From positions 3,821,909-3,885,908 of the forward strand of contig CM074804.1 of assembly GCA_037447605.1 (NCBI GenBank): a DNA stretch of 64,000 nt, given 5' to 3'. Source of the DNA: Zygnema circumcarinatum SAG 698-1b (taxonomy: Eukaryota; Plantae; Zygnematophyceae). Both the position numbers and the translations under genes were made by a program. The notes beneath the pieces were generated by a model, which was not told where the DNA came from, did not search any database, and saw only the letters and a list, made by a program, of their open reading frames with translations. This document shows, in pieces, positions 49,410 through 62,222 of the stretch; position 1 is the first letter of the stretch, and each line of letters starts with the position of its first letter.

Positions 49410-51250
49410 ATGACGACGAAAAGGAGAAGGGGCCGACACATGACCCTCGAACCTCACTGTGGAGGGCCGAATGTCACTTGGAAGACAGGCACTGGCGTCT
49501 CCTTGGAAAGTGGGCCGCATTTAGGGCAACGGATTCGCCGGCTAGGCAGTTTCTCGACCGATTTTTCAACACTGGGTGCGCATTACTTGAATGAATCGAC
49601 TTCAACGACCGATTTTGAGATGGATTGTGATTCTGGAAGTAGTGAACATTTTCTAAAGACTTCCTGTGAGGCCAAGAACTGCGCACCTGCTTTTCCCCTT
49701 CATTCCGCGCCTGACACACTCATTGATTCCACAAGTCAAGTCGAGCAAGAAGCCTGCACCATGAAATATTTAGAGTGGATGCAGTGTGAAACTAGAAAGC
49801 CTGAAGGGGTTTTCCCTTTTCCTTCACACAGTGAAGACGAGGGGCCAAGCTTAAGGAGTGGCAACGAGATTAGTAGCAAAACGGATTCTTCGCTTAAAAA
49901 AATGCCAGCAGAGCAAGGCGGAGGGAGCCCTTCCTCCGGACCGGAGCTCGCTGCTCAAAATGAAATGACTTTAGGTGAAAAGTCCCTTTCTGGAAGGCTA
50001 CAGCATTCACCACTCTCCATAATGATGAGCAGCGATTTCATTGTTTCGTCTCCCGTGAGAGACAACTTGCTGTTCACTGCGGCCCTGTGCCAGCGGAGGG
50101 CTTTTTCCCCGCCCTGCATGCAGGAGGAGGGCGGGCGGGCGGGTGCAGGGCTGCAGGGCGAGCCGAGGGTGTTCCGCGGACACTTCACGCCGCGCTCCCC
50201 CTTCAACCAGTTCGCTCTCGGCCAGGACGCCGCAAAAGTGGCCACAGAACCAAATGCTGGCGGCGCATCAATAGTTTCTGAGGTATAGGAAATTTCTGTT
50301 GTTTGTTTTTCTGAACTCTGTTCATTGAGTCCTGTGCTCAAGTCGAATGGCGGATATAGTGAGGTCGAGGAGTGGAAGTCAGTCATGTTTTTTAAGTTGT
50401 CAGATTTTTCGCTGGTGCCGCATGGACCTCATTGAGGCATCTCTCACCCGCTTGGGGAGGGAGTTGCAGTCGCTCTCTATGGAGTATTTTGCACGGAAGT
50501 TTGGGGCAGCGAATGTGGTTACTGAAATGGAGGTAAGGAGCGCGGTTCCGGACACAGTGCAGAAAGGATAAGGTCTGCGATCAGGATCAGTGTCTTCGTT
50601 GACTTAAGGATAAGGATGTGAAATATAACTTCACTTTGACTCCTTTTTCAAACTGGTTGGGCTGAAGGGAAGACGACCATATGAGTTGGACGAACCTCAT
50701 TCGTCCATTCCTGGTAACTGGGCCTAAAGTATGGTATTAACTTGTTTTCATTGTTTTTTATTTATTTATGTTCCGCCTGCAGGTTGCTTACGAGAATCCT
50801 AATTGGAAAAAAGTAGACTATGTATGCGACATCTACGGGCGGAGGGTGGGCGTGTCCGTGACCCGGGCCATGTCATACCCCGACCCGCGGCTGTTCTCTG
50901 AGGAGAAGGCGAAGCAGCTGTTGTACAAAAAGTTGTACGGACTTGTAAGTGGGCCCATGTACACTTTAACTTCAGGTAAAGTGATCGGTTATCATGTTTT
51001 TTAACATTGATTCTATGTGGAATGTTGAGCAGGTTGTGGCTCGCTCCGGCGTGTCAGCGCGGCACAGCTTTGTGAAGGCGATTTTGCATGTTTGGTGTGA
51101 GACGGAACGGACGGCCCACCTCATGCAAGCGCAGTATGCAGGTAACGCCGTCCTTCTCTGCTCAAAGGGAAGCAGGTCTTGGTCCACACGAGCCTGGCCA
51201 CACGCCCTTAACACCCCTGCGTCCCCCCCCCCTCTCTCTCTCTCTCCCTC

Positions 51251-51281
<31 letters not shown>

Positions 51282-51607
51282 TTCGCTCTCTCACTCTCTC
51301 TCTTTCTCATTCTCTCTCTTTCTTTCTCTCTCTCTCTCATAACATGCTGGCCGGGACATGGACGGCAACAGCGACGGCAAAGGCATTGGAGGTCGAGGAA
51401 GACGTGATCATGGTCCTCACAGTCGCAGAGGGTTGGCAAGCGCGGCCCATCTTCTATGAAGCGTGTTGCAAGGAGAGGGGTTGTAACCCGGCAAAGGGGG
51501 GGCTGGCCAGGCACCCTTGGTGGTGGCTCATTGCCAAGTCCCCAAAAAAGAGCTCCCAAAAACACATGGCAGAGGCTGCACGGTCCTCTCCCTATCGCTG
51601 TGCATAG
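49410..51607 (+). CDS. AAC-rich mRNA clone AAC4-like conserved protein with a long low-complexity N-terminus, 5 exons; start uncertain
   Basis: EPNAGGASIVSE|SLSMEYFARKFGAANVVTEME|VAYENPNWKKVDYVCDIYGRRVGVSVTRAMSYPD...LLYKKLYGL|VVARSGVSARHSFVKAILHVWC...|EEDVIMVLTV. The PNAGG.S..SE, TEME and GVSVTRA motifs match my recollection of this family. Confidence 0.78.
51225..51340. repeat. (CT)n microsatellite in the last intron of the AAC4-like gene
   Basis: Direct reading. Confidence 0.9.
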
Positions 51608-52212
51608 ACTTCGTGTATCGCCGCTTGTACATATGCAGCAGTTGGAAGTAAATATGCTATAGGAGAGGCTCAGTTTAACGGGTATGTATGCAGTCAAGTT
51701 GATAGGGTGCTGTAGGTAACAGGTACGTATGCTGCAAGGGAGGCCGTAGTTAAGGCGGGTTTGCCAGATACGGTTTCAGTTCACATGTACAGGTGCGCAG
51801 GTAGATAGGAGTTGCTTGTGAGAGTGGCCAAGCTGAGCTCTTTAATATTTGACTAGTTGGAACAGGTAAGCGGTTTGCTGTACAGTACTTTTTTCCAATC
51901 AGGTATGCACATATCACTCGTTCTCGATAATTTTTTACTCTACGACTACTTAAAAGGGATTGACAAGTTGCTGTCCTTTTTATGCCTCATCTTTCCTTGG
52001 CTTTCAACGTTTTTCATTCGACAAAACAAGAATTGGCCGCAATTGACCTCTGTTCAAAACACTACCACGTCTTCGCCACTCTGCAAGACAAGGCCAGAAA
52101 GTCACAAATTCACTGCACACTTCCAGCTTTCAGAAACCTGCACCGACTTCATTCCTCCCAAGTCCTGGAAACACAGTCGCCCACAGCCATTCGATTAAGT
52201 TAACACGTTAAG

Positions 52213-55200
52213 TCACGACACCACTTTCTGAAGAGACGCAAGTTCCAATCTTGGTTGCAAGCTGGTTTCCTCTCCAGCCCTCGCTACCTCACAGCTTACT
52301 GACCCTCTCAAGGCCATGGCTGCAACCGACAAAAACCTTTTCGAGCGCGGGCAGGCAGGCGTCTCATCAAGGACTCTGAACCCTAACCTTTCCAGGGTGC
52401 TTCTAATAGGAAATCCTGAAAAGAAAACGTAACGGCGAGCCCGCCCCCTAAGGTGCTTCAGTATTTCTACAATCACTTCTTCTTCCACCTTCACAAAGCG
52501 ATTGAAGGGTAGATTAGTAACTATGCAGTCACCTACAAAAAGAGTCTTCCGAGCATCCATAAGGTTCAAGCTAACCGTCGCATTTCTAGGTGGAAACTCC
52601 TGCTTGGGCTCCGAGTCTCTCCTCTCCATATCCAAGCCATCCATGCTCGCCTTTGCATCATCTTTTGACACTTCAGTGCTCTCAGTTTCCCACAGATGTG
52701 TCCATGCGTGAAATTTCTCAGAGTCATCGCTTGCTTTGAGCTGAAAAAAAGGACTACTGGACGATTCCTCCTGCCATAGATTTCCAAAGTTGAGATCTCC
52801 AGCGCTGGCATCCAACGGCTGAGAGGGCCTCCTATGGAGAGGGAGAGCATGGCGAGGATTGTGGGGGCCATGGATGGAACAAGCTTCGCCCCAATTCCGC
52901 ACAACCTCGATTCCAAAGTACGAAAAGTTTTGAAACGCAAATTGGAGTATTCCGAGGTGCAGATCTGATCCAAAAGTTTTTACTCCTCTCCTGCATACCC
53001 CCACCACCATTTCCCTCAACGCACATCAGACTGGCTTTGTGTGACCAAAAGTACATGTCCCTTTCCTAAGAACTCGAAAGCATATTCAAACGCTTATATT
53101 TAAACGAAGCATATTCAACGCTTATATCGCCAAGAATGCGCGAGGCAGGAAAGCGTCGAAGAGATTTAGGATCGTGGCAGCCCTTCCTCGAGGGCCTTTC
53201 GCATATGCACACACAAATTAACAAAACCTAAAATAACCATACCAGGCAAAACAAGAAATTGACCTATGCTTGCAGAATACAATGAAATAACAATAGCGTT
53301 ATGCCTGCCTAAACATGCTGTACTCCCACATATAGCTTAAAAACTGCAATGCGCATAGTGCAGTTCTGTTTCAGTTTAGCTATGGAGGCTATGGAGTATA
53401 GCAGTTGATTGAAGAGTGAACCAAAGGCTGTGTTGAACCACACCTGAAAGCCTCAAAAGGAATGGTGCCGGAGCCACAGCATGGGTCCAAAAGAGTGCCA
53501 CCTGGCAGCCCGAACACGTGTAAGGGAGCGGAGATTACTTGATATGTTGGTTAGTCTCCGCATAAAGAAGTTCCCAGCAGATCTGGAAAATGAGTACAAC
53601 GCAGATGTTGGCATGAACATGACCCATCAGCAACAGCAGCCCATACTTCAACCTCTCGCCAATGACTCTTGGCATTATTAGTGATCTAATGTGCAAAAGC
53701 TCCTACTTATTCTCCTTCGCCTCGAACAGCTTTCAAGACAATGGGATGGACTCACGACGAGTGTTTGTGGTGAGAGGTCCACCTGGAAAGGCCGCAATAT
53801 TCACCGCTGCTGCCGCAAGCTCAGCAGGAAGACCACCGCTGCATGGCACAAACAAGAGAGTGTGAGCACTTTCTCTCAAACTGCTTTTCAATCATCCTAA
53901 ATTGCTTTCATTCAAGAGTCATCTGGCTTGGCAGGTCAAAGTACTGAAAGCTGACCAATTCAATAACGAAGCAAACATTCTCTGAACATTCTATTCTGCG
54001 TTTAGCCCCTCACAGCGTAGACACGTGTCCAGGACGCGAAGTTACCTCCATTGGTGGGGCGCATCGCTGAAGGATGCCTCAGGGACACGTGGCGCAAAGA
54101 TCACGGGGCCAAAAAGATATCTGCATTCAAGAAAGTTCTCCACCATCTCGAGCGGCAGTTGGTCACAGCTGCTTTCTCGGCAATTTCAAGAATTTAATGG
54201 TACCAAACTGAGCCACATCGAAAGCGTAAAAGGTGTAGTTGAACAAATGGTTTGTCAATATCTCTTTCAACTCTTTTAACTCCAATTACTTGCGTTAATC
54301 AGTGCGGGGCCCACCAACAGACTTCTCACCCATATCCTGTCTCTAAGACCGAAAAATGTGGACAAGAGTGGGTCCCCTTTTCTCCTGCAGCGGACTTTGA
54401 CCGAAGTGCTGCAGTTAACTTCGCTTTAAGACCTGGACATCCATAAAAAAATGGAATGAGCAACTTCAAGATTGACTTGACTGTCAGAGGGCATAATATG
54501 TCATTTCCTGCATAGGATATTCCAGAATAGCTTCTTTCTATCGGTCCATTCTCTCTCTTTCTTGAAAAGCTTGAAAAAAAAAGGGTTCTTGGAAAATGAT
54601 GACCTTGGAACTCACTACAGTCATGTACTGCATTCGCCTTTCAAATATACAGTCGGCTAAAAGGAATCAGAAATCGACAGATCTCAAGCAAGTCAGGAAA
54701 CAGCAATCATTCAGTACATGAAGTTAATCACTAATCTTATCTTCTTATACTCTTCTGTTTATGGCGAGTTAAGTTTGAGACTGGTAAGCATGAGCACAAC
54801 TCGCCTGTGACGCATTATCACCGTTCACATAAAATTGGCTACAAGCCATTGAGTAGGGCGGGGGCATATACTCAAGCGAGGCAACCGCTCCGGAGCAGGA
54901 GAGAGGCATTCATGTGACACGCGGCAGCCGGAGAGAAGGCCTCCCAACTGCAGACTTTGCACTGCCTCTATGAGCTCCTCCGCTGTTCGTCCCGCAGCTA
55001 AAGGTTCCATCTGAGCCCAACACAAGCATTCCGTAACAGGTTTAACTTCACAAGGTATGTGGTCTACTAGCATCGTTCAAGAGCCCAAAGTATCTCGGAG
55101 GAAACTACAACCTCGGATACTGCATTGTCAACGTCACTCTTCTCAAGAATGACAAACCAGATTTTTTAATGACATTGCCAACCTGTGAAGTGCCTGTCTA

Positions 55201-56415
55201 TCAGTCGGAACTCGAGAAGGTGCGAACTTCACAGGTTTACGCTACATTTCAGAAAATCATAATAGCAATTGGAAATGGAAAATGTACTTCTGGCTTCACA
55301 CAGAAAAACCTTCAGAGGGGCATCAACGTTACGCAGCAGCTGAAGTAGAATACCTAACTCAATCAGGATAATGGTCTCTATGTGCAAATTTTCATGGCAG
55401 AAATTTCATTAAGGAACATGACGAAGTTCATTTTTGAGTTTGGATACAGGTGGCCCGGGCAAACATATCCTTTCTCTGACCTACCTTCAAATTCTCAGCT
55501 GATTAGTCGACTGTTAGACAGCGCATCATGAAACACGACCACGGAATAGCACGCACCACAACGTTCTCTTCATGGCCCTCACATAGTTTCACTATCAGAA
55601 ATAAAACCTAAAGCGCATTTCTCCAGATGAAGATACTACGAGGTCGGATAGCACACAACTGCCTTTACCGCAAAGCGCAGACCAGACATCCAGGAAAGTC
55701 GACGGTGAATTTCTTCTCTCATCCAGCTCTCAGGCATGCCATACAGCGACATCTCCCTGAGCACTTCAAAGCCCATGAATTCAGCTTCAAGTCGGAAAGC
55801 TGGTGCAAAAACGCGATGCCGGCTTGTAACAAGGACACGCCATAGCTGGACTTTAACCACCTTCTCCTGACTTTGGGCAAGAGCTACAGCACATCCATTA
55901 TGCTGTTCTACTTGATCCCACCCTGTTCGTCCTGCATTGTTTGTTCGAAGATTCCCCATAAAAATGGCCAAATTCTCTTTAGTGATGCCCTCTCTCCTTG
56001 CATGCTTCAGCCAGAGAGGAACCTCCTGAGGAAGAAAGAGGGGCGAGGAAGGAAAGCGGCCTCCAAGGCCCGCGCAGCGTATGCGCGATCCAAAACCTGG
56101 CCTCATCTCAAAATGCGAAAGGGAGGATGGCCAAAGCGTCGGATATCGGTCTTTTAAAGCTCGAGTTGAAACAAATGGGGCTTCTTTACTACTGAAGGCA
56201 GAGTGCAAAGTGCGGCGAAGCGAGGAATGCCGGAGGGGAATTTGCCTCCTCCCAGACATAGGGAGGATGCCGGACACATTTTGGGAGCTCGCAATGAGCG
56301 TAGGCAGAAGGAAACGCTGGTCCAAGAGGATGGCCATGGCGCCGCTCTTGCCAGGAGCTACGTTACGTTTAAGCGCGAAGATTAGGTCAAAAGTGGCCTG
56401 CTGTACAGCGGCCAT
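52213..56415 (-). CDS. Class I SAM-dependent RNA amino-methyltransferase, Trm11/UPF0020 (PF01170)-like, with probable organellar transit peptide; about 7 exons; start is either 56415 or 56337
   Basis: ...FSVLETGYG|YLFGPVIF...HQW|SGGLPAELAAAAVNIAAFP...|GTLLDPCCGSGTIPFEAF|RRGVKTFGSDLHLGILQFAFQNFSYFG (motif I and II); ...GDCIVTNLPFNRF (motif IV, NPPY-like). The N-terminus is rich in S/R/L/P. Confidence 0.82.
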
Positions 56416-57475
56416 CACCAGCAGCCATTGAACTCCAGGCCAGGCGGTTGATCTGCATCTGCAAGCTCCGCAAACTCCGACGCTTAAGATACTTATGCAG
56501 CTGTAGGGTATCGTTTTCTGTAGCTCTCTTCCCATCTCCCTTCAGGCTTGAGGCGCGGTGAACCCAAGCCCATTGCGAGAGTGTGTATATGTGTGTGTGT
56601 GTGCGTGCTCTACGGTGCGGTACTGCAGCCTCCCGACTGCAGCCTGCAGCCTGCCACCCCGCTCTGGGCTCCGCGTCCCGTCCTGTCCCGTCCTGTCCCG
56701 TCCCGTCCTGTCCCGTCCCGTCTCAGCAGCAGCAGCTCGCAGCAGCGGCGGGAGGCGAAGCGGAGGTGGAGGCAGCCAGCCGCCTTGCCATGGCCAGCCA
56801 GCCAGCCAGAGTGCCGCACCTGCGTACGGCGGGCCGGGGTCGGCCACGTGGTCGGATATTGTACGGCATTCCAGCCCCCAGTGTACGGCAGGCGTACGGC
56901 AACGGGCAGGGGTACGGCAGTCACTCTCATCACCACTGACTGACTAACGGAGGTGACGGCGCGCCCGCCGGAGGTGCCTGCCGCGCGCCTTCGCGGAAGC
57001 CCGCGGGCGGGCAGGGGCGGGGGCGGACGTGGGCTTGGGGTGGGGGGGAAGGAGGGGCACGGGGGGCACGGGGGGCACGGGGGGCACCGGGGGGGGGGCA
57101 TGCCCCGGGGCACGGAAACCCGGTGACTAGTTACTGTTCGTACCATTCGCAATTTTCGTACCTTTTTCGTACAGTTCATACTTTGCGCACGTCTTTTCGT
57201 ACTGTACTTGGTCCGGTTTTAAACTGTCCGATGCGGTCACGTGACGGGCGCGAGCAGGGGCACGCCTCGGGCCGGCCCGCGCCCCCCCCCCGCCCTGGCA
57301 CCTATAGGGCGGACGCGTCGCCCGGCCTAGTGGCGCCCACGTGGCGCCCTCTCCGCCTCACAGCACGCCGCCCGCCCGGGCCCGGCTGCCCCCCACGTGG
57401 CTTGCCCCCGTCTTGGCTCGGCCCCGCCCGCCGGAGGGTTGGTCTGTGCCTGCGGGGAGAAGCAGCGCGGCAGCC

Positions 57476-60400
57476 ATGGACAGCGCGGGGCAGACAGGCG
57501 CAGGAGCGGAGCAGCCTCTGCTGCCTGTGGGGAGGCAACGCGGCGACATGGCTGCTGCCGGCGGACCAGAGGAGCCTTTTGCCTTCGCGAACCGACTGGC
57601 GCTTCTGCAGCTTGGTCGCGACTCTGCAGGACCCGATGACACGCCTTGCACGGTAGCTGGAATGCTCAGGGACGCCTCTTAGAGTTAGGGTTAGGGTTCG
57701 GTTTAGGAAAACAGCGCTTTTTCATAGAGTTCGATGGAATTGGAATTCAACCGTTTGGCGGAGGCTCTGCTGCCATAGCTCTGTTGGTGGGTGTCGTGAA
57801 TTCTGGGAGAGAATGGTGGGTCATTTCTGGCATGGGCGAGGCGAGGGTTGCAGAGCAGCGCATGGGTGGGAACGTTGGAAGAAAAGACCTTGGCCATGGC
57901 CAGCGCAGGCGATGACAAGCAGAGGGAAGGCGAGACAGCTGCTCTCCTCCTTCAGGAGGGCAATGCTGCGTTTCATGCAGCAAAATATGAGGAGGTGCTT
58001 CTGCATTCTCTTCTCGAAGTTTTCTTGGTGATAGTCTGTAAGAGATGACTAAGATGTGTCGCAGATCGTCGAGGAATTTCCAGTGTGTAAGTCCTTGGTC
58101 ACGGTTCTTCTGGAAGTGTTAGGATCCTTTTCAGAGGTGAGTACTGCTTTGGTGATACGGCTTATTGGAGTCTTGCAGGCCGTTGAAATATACTCACGTG
58201 CCCTAATTGCCCAGTCTCCACATACCTTCGTTTTGCTCAGTAATCGCTGTGCAGCTTTCTGCAGGTACGTAGTCTTCGCCAAGACCTTCACAGTTTGGAT
58301 TTTTTTTGTGTATAACGGCTAATTCATGTTTGGTATGCATCGTCTCACACTGCCTATGGGCCTCGGGTGGTCGCACGAGGTCCCTTGAACAGTCTGAGCA
58401 AGCGGCTACGGGAAATACCTGCAGAGCAATCAGAGAGGAGGGCACTATATGGGCTTGATCCAATGGCTCTCGCGCAGGTGAGTTTGCACTGATGAAAGTG
58501 GTAAGCAGTAAGCCAAAGGTTGAGACTAGAATGCAGGCAGCTAACCTGGTGATGGTTGTATGGGGTCATGGTGGATTCAGCTCGCTCTACGGGATGCGGA
58601 GAAATTGGTGAAGCTCACAAAAGAGTGGCCAAAGGCGCATTTTCGCCGGGGGTGTGCCTTGCAATTGGTGAGAATGATCTATCGCATTTCTGGTATTCTC
58701 TGTTGGAGAAATGGCTAATTTTGAAGCACAACGAGATATTGAAGGTAAGGATGTGGTCTTAAACCAGAGGCCTGGAGGGAGTGCAGCTGGAGCAGTATGA
58801 TTCGGCAAGGGAGGCGTTCTTGGATGGGCTGCAGCTGGACTGGACCAAGTAAGCTAATAATGCATTGTTAGTTCAAGGAGGTTGGTAAGAGAGAGACTCT
58901 CAGCAGTCATAATTCGGAACTTGAAGGCCATGGCTCCGGGTAGCTGAGAAGGGTGCTGGCCCTGACGTTACTGCGATAGGGATTTCTGAATTCCAAGACT
59001 CGCCAAGAATTGGAATTGGGCTGTATGTGACTGTGGCGCAAGGGCCAACTTGTGCAGCAAACTGCTGCAGGAGGCTCTATCTGCTTTGGATGCGGAGTTC
59101 GATCAGGATGGGCGGAAGCTTTTGGCAGGGGCGGGCAGCAGCTCCAAACGCAGAAGGGGTAGTCTGCAGCAGGCCGACGAGTTTGACTGCTCGCTCTGCC
59201 TGAAGCTGCTGTATAGCCCTGTAACTACTCCCTGCGGTGCGCTTTCTACAACTTTCTTGGAGCTGCAACATGTATTGCAGACTGGGAATTGTATGCAGTG
59301 TATTGCAATAATGGTGAGCTGGGTTTTCCAGATTGAATGAACAGAGCGGAGGAAAATGAGAAGTGACAGCTTGATCTGGGTTTTGCATGCAGGTCATAGC
59401 TTCTGCCGTTCTTGTCTTGTGCAAGCGCTCGATCACGGTAAGGAATGCCATAGTTACGGCGCTTGCTCTGCAGTCTGAAGAAAAGGGAAAGGGCCAAGAA
59501 AAGGAGGGTTGGGTTTGTAAGTCTTGGCAGAGGGGGATGTGCTGAGGCGGAAGCAGAGGGGGGGGGGGTGCAGGAAACAAGTGCCCTGTGTGCCGCACTG
59601 TGCTACTTTTGAATGCCAAGAGCTATCCTGTCAGGTGAGCTGCACTGAACCTTGCCATGGCACTCTGTGAAGGTGCACGGAGATTAAAGTACTTTCACCT
59701 CGGGCCAGCAGGGACAGTTAAAAAGGCGTAATCGACAATCTAGCTGGTTCAGTAAACATAAAATATTACAAGTTTGTCAATCAAATTGTATATTGCATTC
59801 AGTGATGTGTTTTTTCCATTCATTGGAGAAAGGCAGCTGAAATTCGGAGCTCTCGTCGAGTCCGAGGGCAGTGTGACTCTGCAGACAATCCTGCAGCGCC
59901 ATTTTCCGGAGGAGTATAGTGAGCGAAAGCAGGAGATGGATGCCGTTGCTCTCGTGGGCAGGGAGGTCAGTACTCCTCGTGCAAGGGTTTATGGACCTTA
60001 GGAAGGTTGGGGCTGTCATTGGCGAACATTTTCAACAGGTCAAGGATAAGGTAGTGTGGGAAATAGTGGGAAAGGGAAAGCGTAGCTGTGATTAATGCTC
60101 GCGGAGCATGTGTATGTACAGGTTCTTCCAATGTTTGTGATGGATGTGGTCCTGCCGGGACAAAAGATGGCGTTGAATATTTTTGAGCCGCGGTATCGCC
60201 TCATGGTGCGGCGCTGCATGGAGGGAGATCACAAGATGGGTATGGTGAGTCACATCAGATAGTGCAGGGGAGGGACATGCTTGTGGACGCAGTTGCATGC
60301 TATACACTTTTTAACCACTCAAAACTCTAAACACTGTCGAAGTCCTAACATGCTTATGCATGGTGGATGTCTGCAGGTTGGCATCGATCGGAGTACCCGC

Positions 60401-62222
60401 ATGCCGGCTGATGTCGCATGCGAGGTGGTGATTCGCGAGTGAGTTACAGGTGCCATGCTGTCCAGGGGCTGCGTCCTGCTGCCTAATACATCCTCTTTCC
60501 CTGTTCTCATCTCTTCTCTTTCTCCTGCTGCTGGTTGGAGCAGGTGTGAGCCCCTTCCAGACGGTCGTTTCTATTTGGAAGTAAATTCACCACTCCAGAA
60601 CGCTCGCATCTGGTGAACGATTGCCATTAGTGAAGAGTTTCAACCGGCCTGTGGAACATGCAGTAATTGGTTGGACTCAGCGGGAGGTTTTTGTGAGGCA
60701 TCCTTTTGTTGAGCAGCTGCCGAAGAGGGCCGTTATCCTCGGCAGTAGTAAGTATAAATATCAATAGTTTCTGCCTGCTTCCAGACAGTTACGATGATTG
60801 GAAATGGAATGGTTGGGCCGCAGGTTGAGGGCCAAAGGCGGTGCCGCATTGTGCGCAGCTGGGAGCAGGATGGGTAGGCCCTGCTTCCCACAGGACTCCT
60901 CTATATTGCAGAAACTGGCATATCTCATCTCCTTGTGTCCTTGCCGTGGCTTACATTAGCAGTGGAAGTTATGGCTGCAGGTATCGTGTGGGGCAGGTGG
61001 AGTGTCTGGCGGACACTCTGCTAGAGCCGGGCTCAGACAGAGCTGCTCAGGTGGGGCAGCATCTCATTTTACATGAGGGAGAGTGTGCACGAGTGTTGAT
61101 GCAGACAAGAGTAAGTGAGTGAGTGTGGGGTGTTCGCTTTCTTTGCAGGCAGAAGCTCTGGCAAAGACAGCTGCAGAGCTTGCACAGACATGGATGACAC
61201 GCCTGCAGGAGGCAGCACGCAGCAGTAAGTGCTTATGTTTTTGAAAACTCTGGAGACATTGGAATTTTAGAAGCCATTGAGGGATCAAAGTTGTGAACTA
61301 CACAAGGAGGAAGAATAAATTTTTATGTTTCCATGAAGAGTGCTGAGAAGAGGAGTGCGTGCAGGTCGGCAAGGGCGGCTTGCGGAAGTGATCCGGCAGT
61401 CAGGAGACATGCCACCGCCGTCTCAAGTGGAACGCCTTAGTTTCTGGGTAAGTTTCATGAAAGCAGACCGGGCCCTTGATCTATACTCTGCATTGAGATG
61501 GCCCTTACCATCTGGGAAAGCATGTGTGGGTGACAGCTAGCAAACCTCTTGCTGGTGGGAGCGGAGGAGAAGCTTAACTTAATGCGTATGACAGACACTA
61601 TTGAGGTATGTGGAGAGGAGAGGGGAAGGGGGGAGGTTTGCGGAGAGGAGGGGAATGGGGGACGAGTATGTGTAAAGGAGAGGGAAAGGAGGGGAGGTAT
61701 GTGGAGAGGAGAGGGAAGGGAGGGAGGGAGATGTGTGGAGAGGAGAGGGAAGGGAGGGAGGGAGATGTGTGGAGAGGAGGGAAGGGGTGGGGGGGGAAGT
61801 ATGTAGAGAGGAGGGGAAAGGGGAGGTGTTTCTTTTTCTGATACTCTTCTTTATTATTTAAAGGAGAGGGTGATGGAGGTATGTGGAGAGGGGGGGAAGG
61901 TGGGGGAAAGTATTTGGAGGTGAGGGGAAGGAGGGGTGGGTGTGTGTGGAGAGGGGAAGGAGAGGGAGGCATGTGGAGAGGAGGCGAGGGCGGGAGAGAG
62001 GTATGTGGAGAGGAGTGGGGGGTTGGTGGGGGAGGTATGTGGAGAGGGGGGAATGGGGGGAGCGGTATGCGGAGGTGCTGGGTAGGGGGCGTCTTTGGCA
62101 CTAGAGGCAGAGCGAGGAAAGGGAGCTGAAAGGTGGGTAGTGCGGCTGTGTGAGTGCAGCGCTTGACTCGGGAGATTGAGTATCTGCGAGCGGACCATTC
62201 GCAGTATTGCCGTTTGCAATAA
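57476..62222 (+). CDS. LONRF: LON peptidase N-terminal domain and RING finger protein (TPR + C3HC4 RING + LON substrate-binding domain), LONRF-like, about 18 exons; alternative start at 57896
   Basis: LQEGNAAFHAAKYEE|AVEIYSRA...LLSNRCAAF (TPR); EFDCSLCLKLLYSPVTTPCG|HSFCRSCL...NKCPVCR (RING); LPMFVMDVVLPGQKMALNIFEPRYRLMVRRCMEGDHKMGM; CEPLPDGRFYLE|VEGQRRCRIVRSWEQDG|YRV (LON-N); ends YCRLQ* at 62222. Confidence 0.95.
61603..62090 (+). repeat. Degenerate tandem repeat (about 30-nt unit starting GAGGTATGTGGAGAGG) filling the last intron of LONRF
   Basis: Exact GAGGTATGTGGAGAGG at 61603 (the real donor), 61694, 61876, 61998 and 62032, plus about 9 degenerate copies. Confidence 0.85.

Noticed and set aside
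47729-56415. DUF4291 + AAC4-like + methyltransferase as a restriction-modification-like or defence operon
   Set aside because: The methyltransferase has RNA (Trm11-type) motifs and a likely transit peptide, is convergent with the AAC4-like gene, and all are separately spliced eukaryotic genes. Adjacency alone is not evidence.
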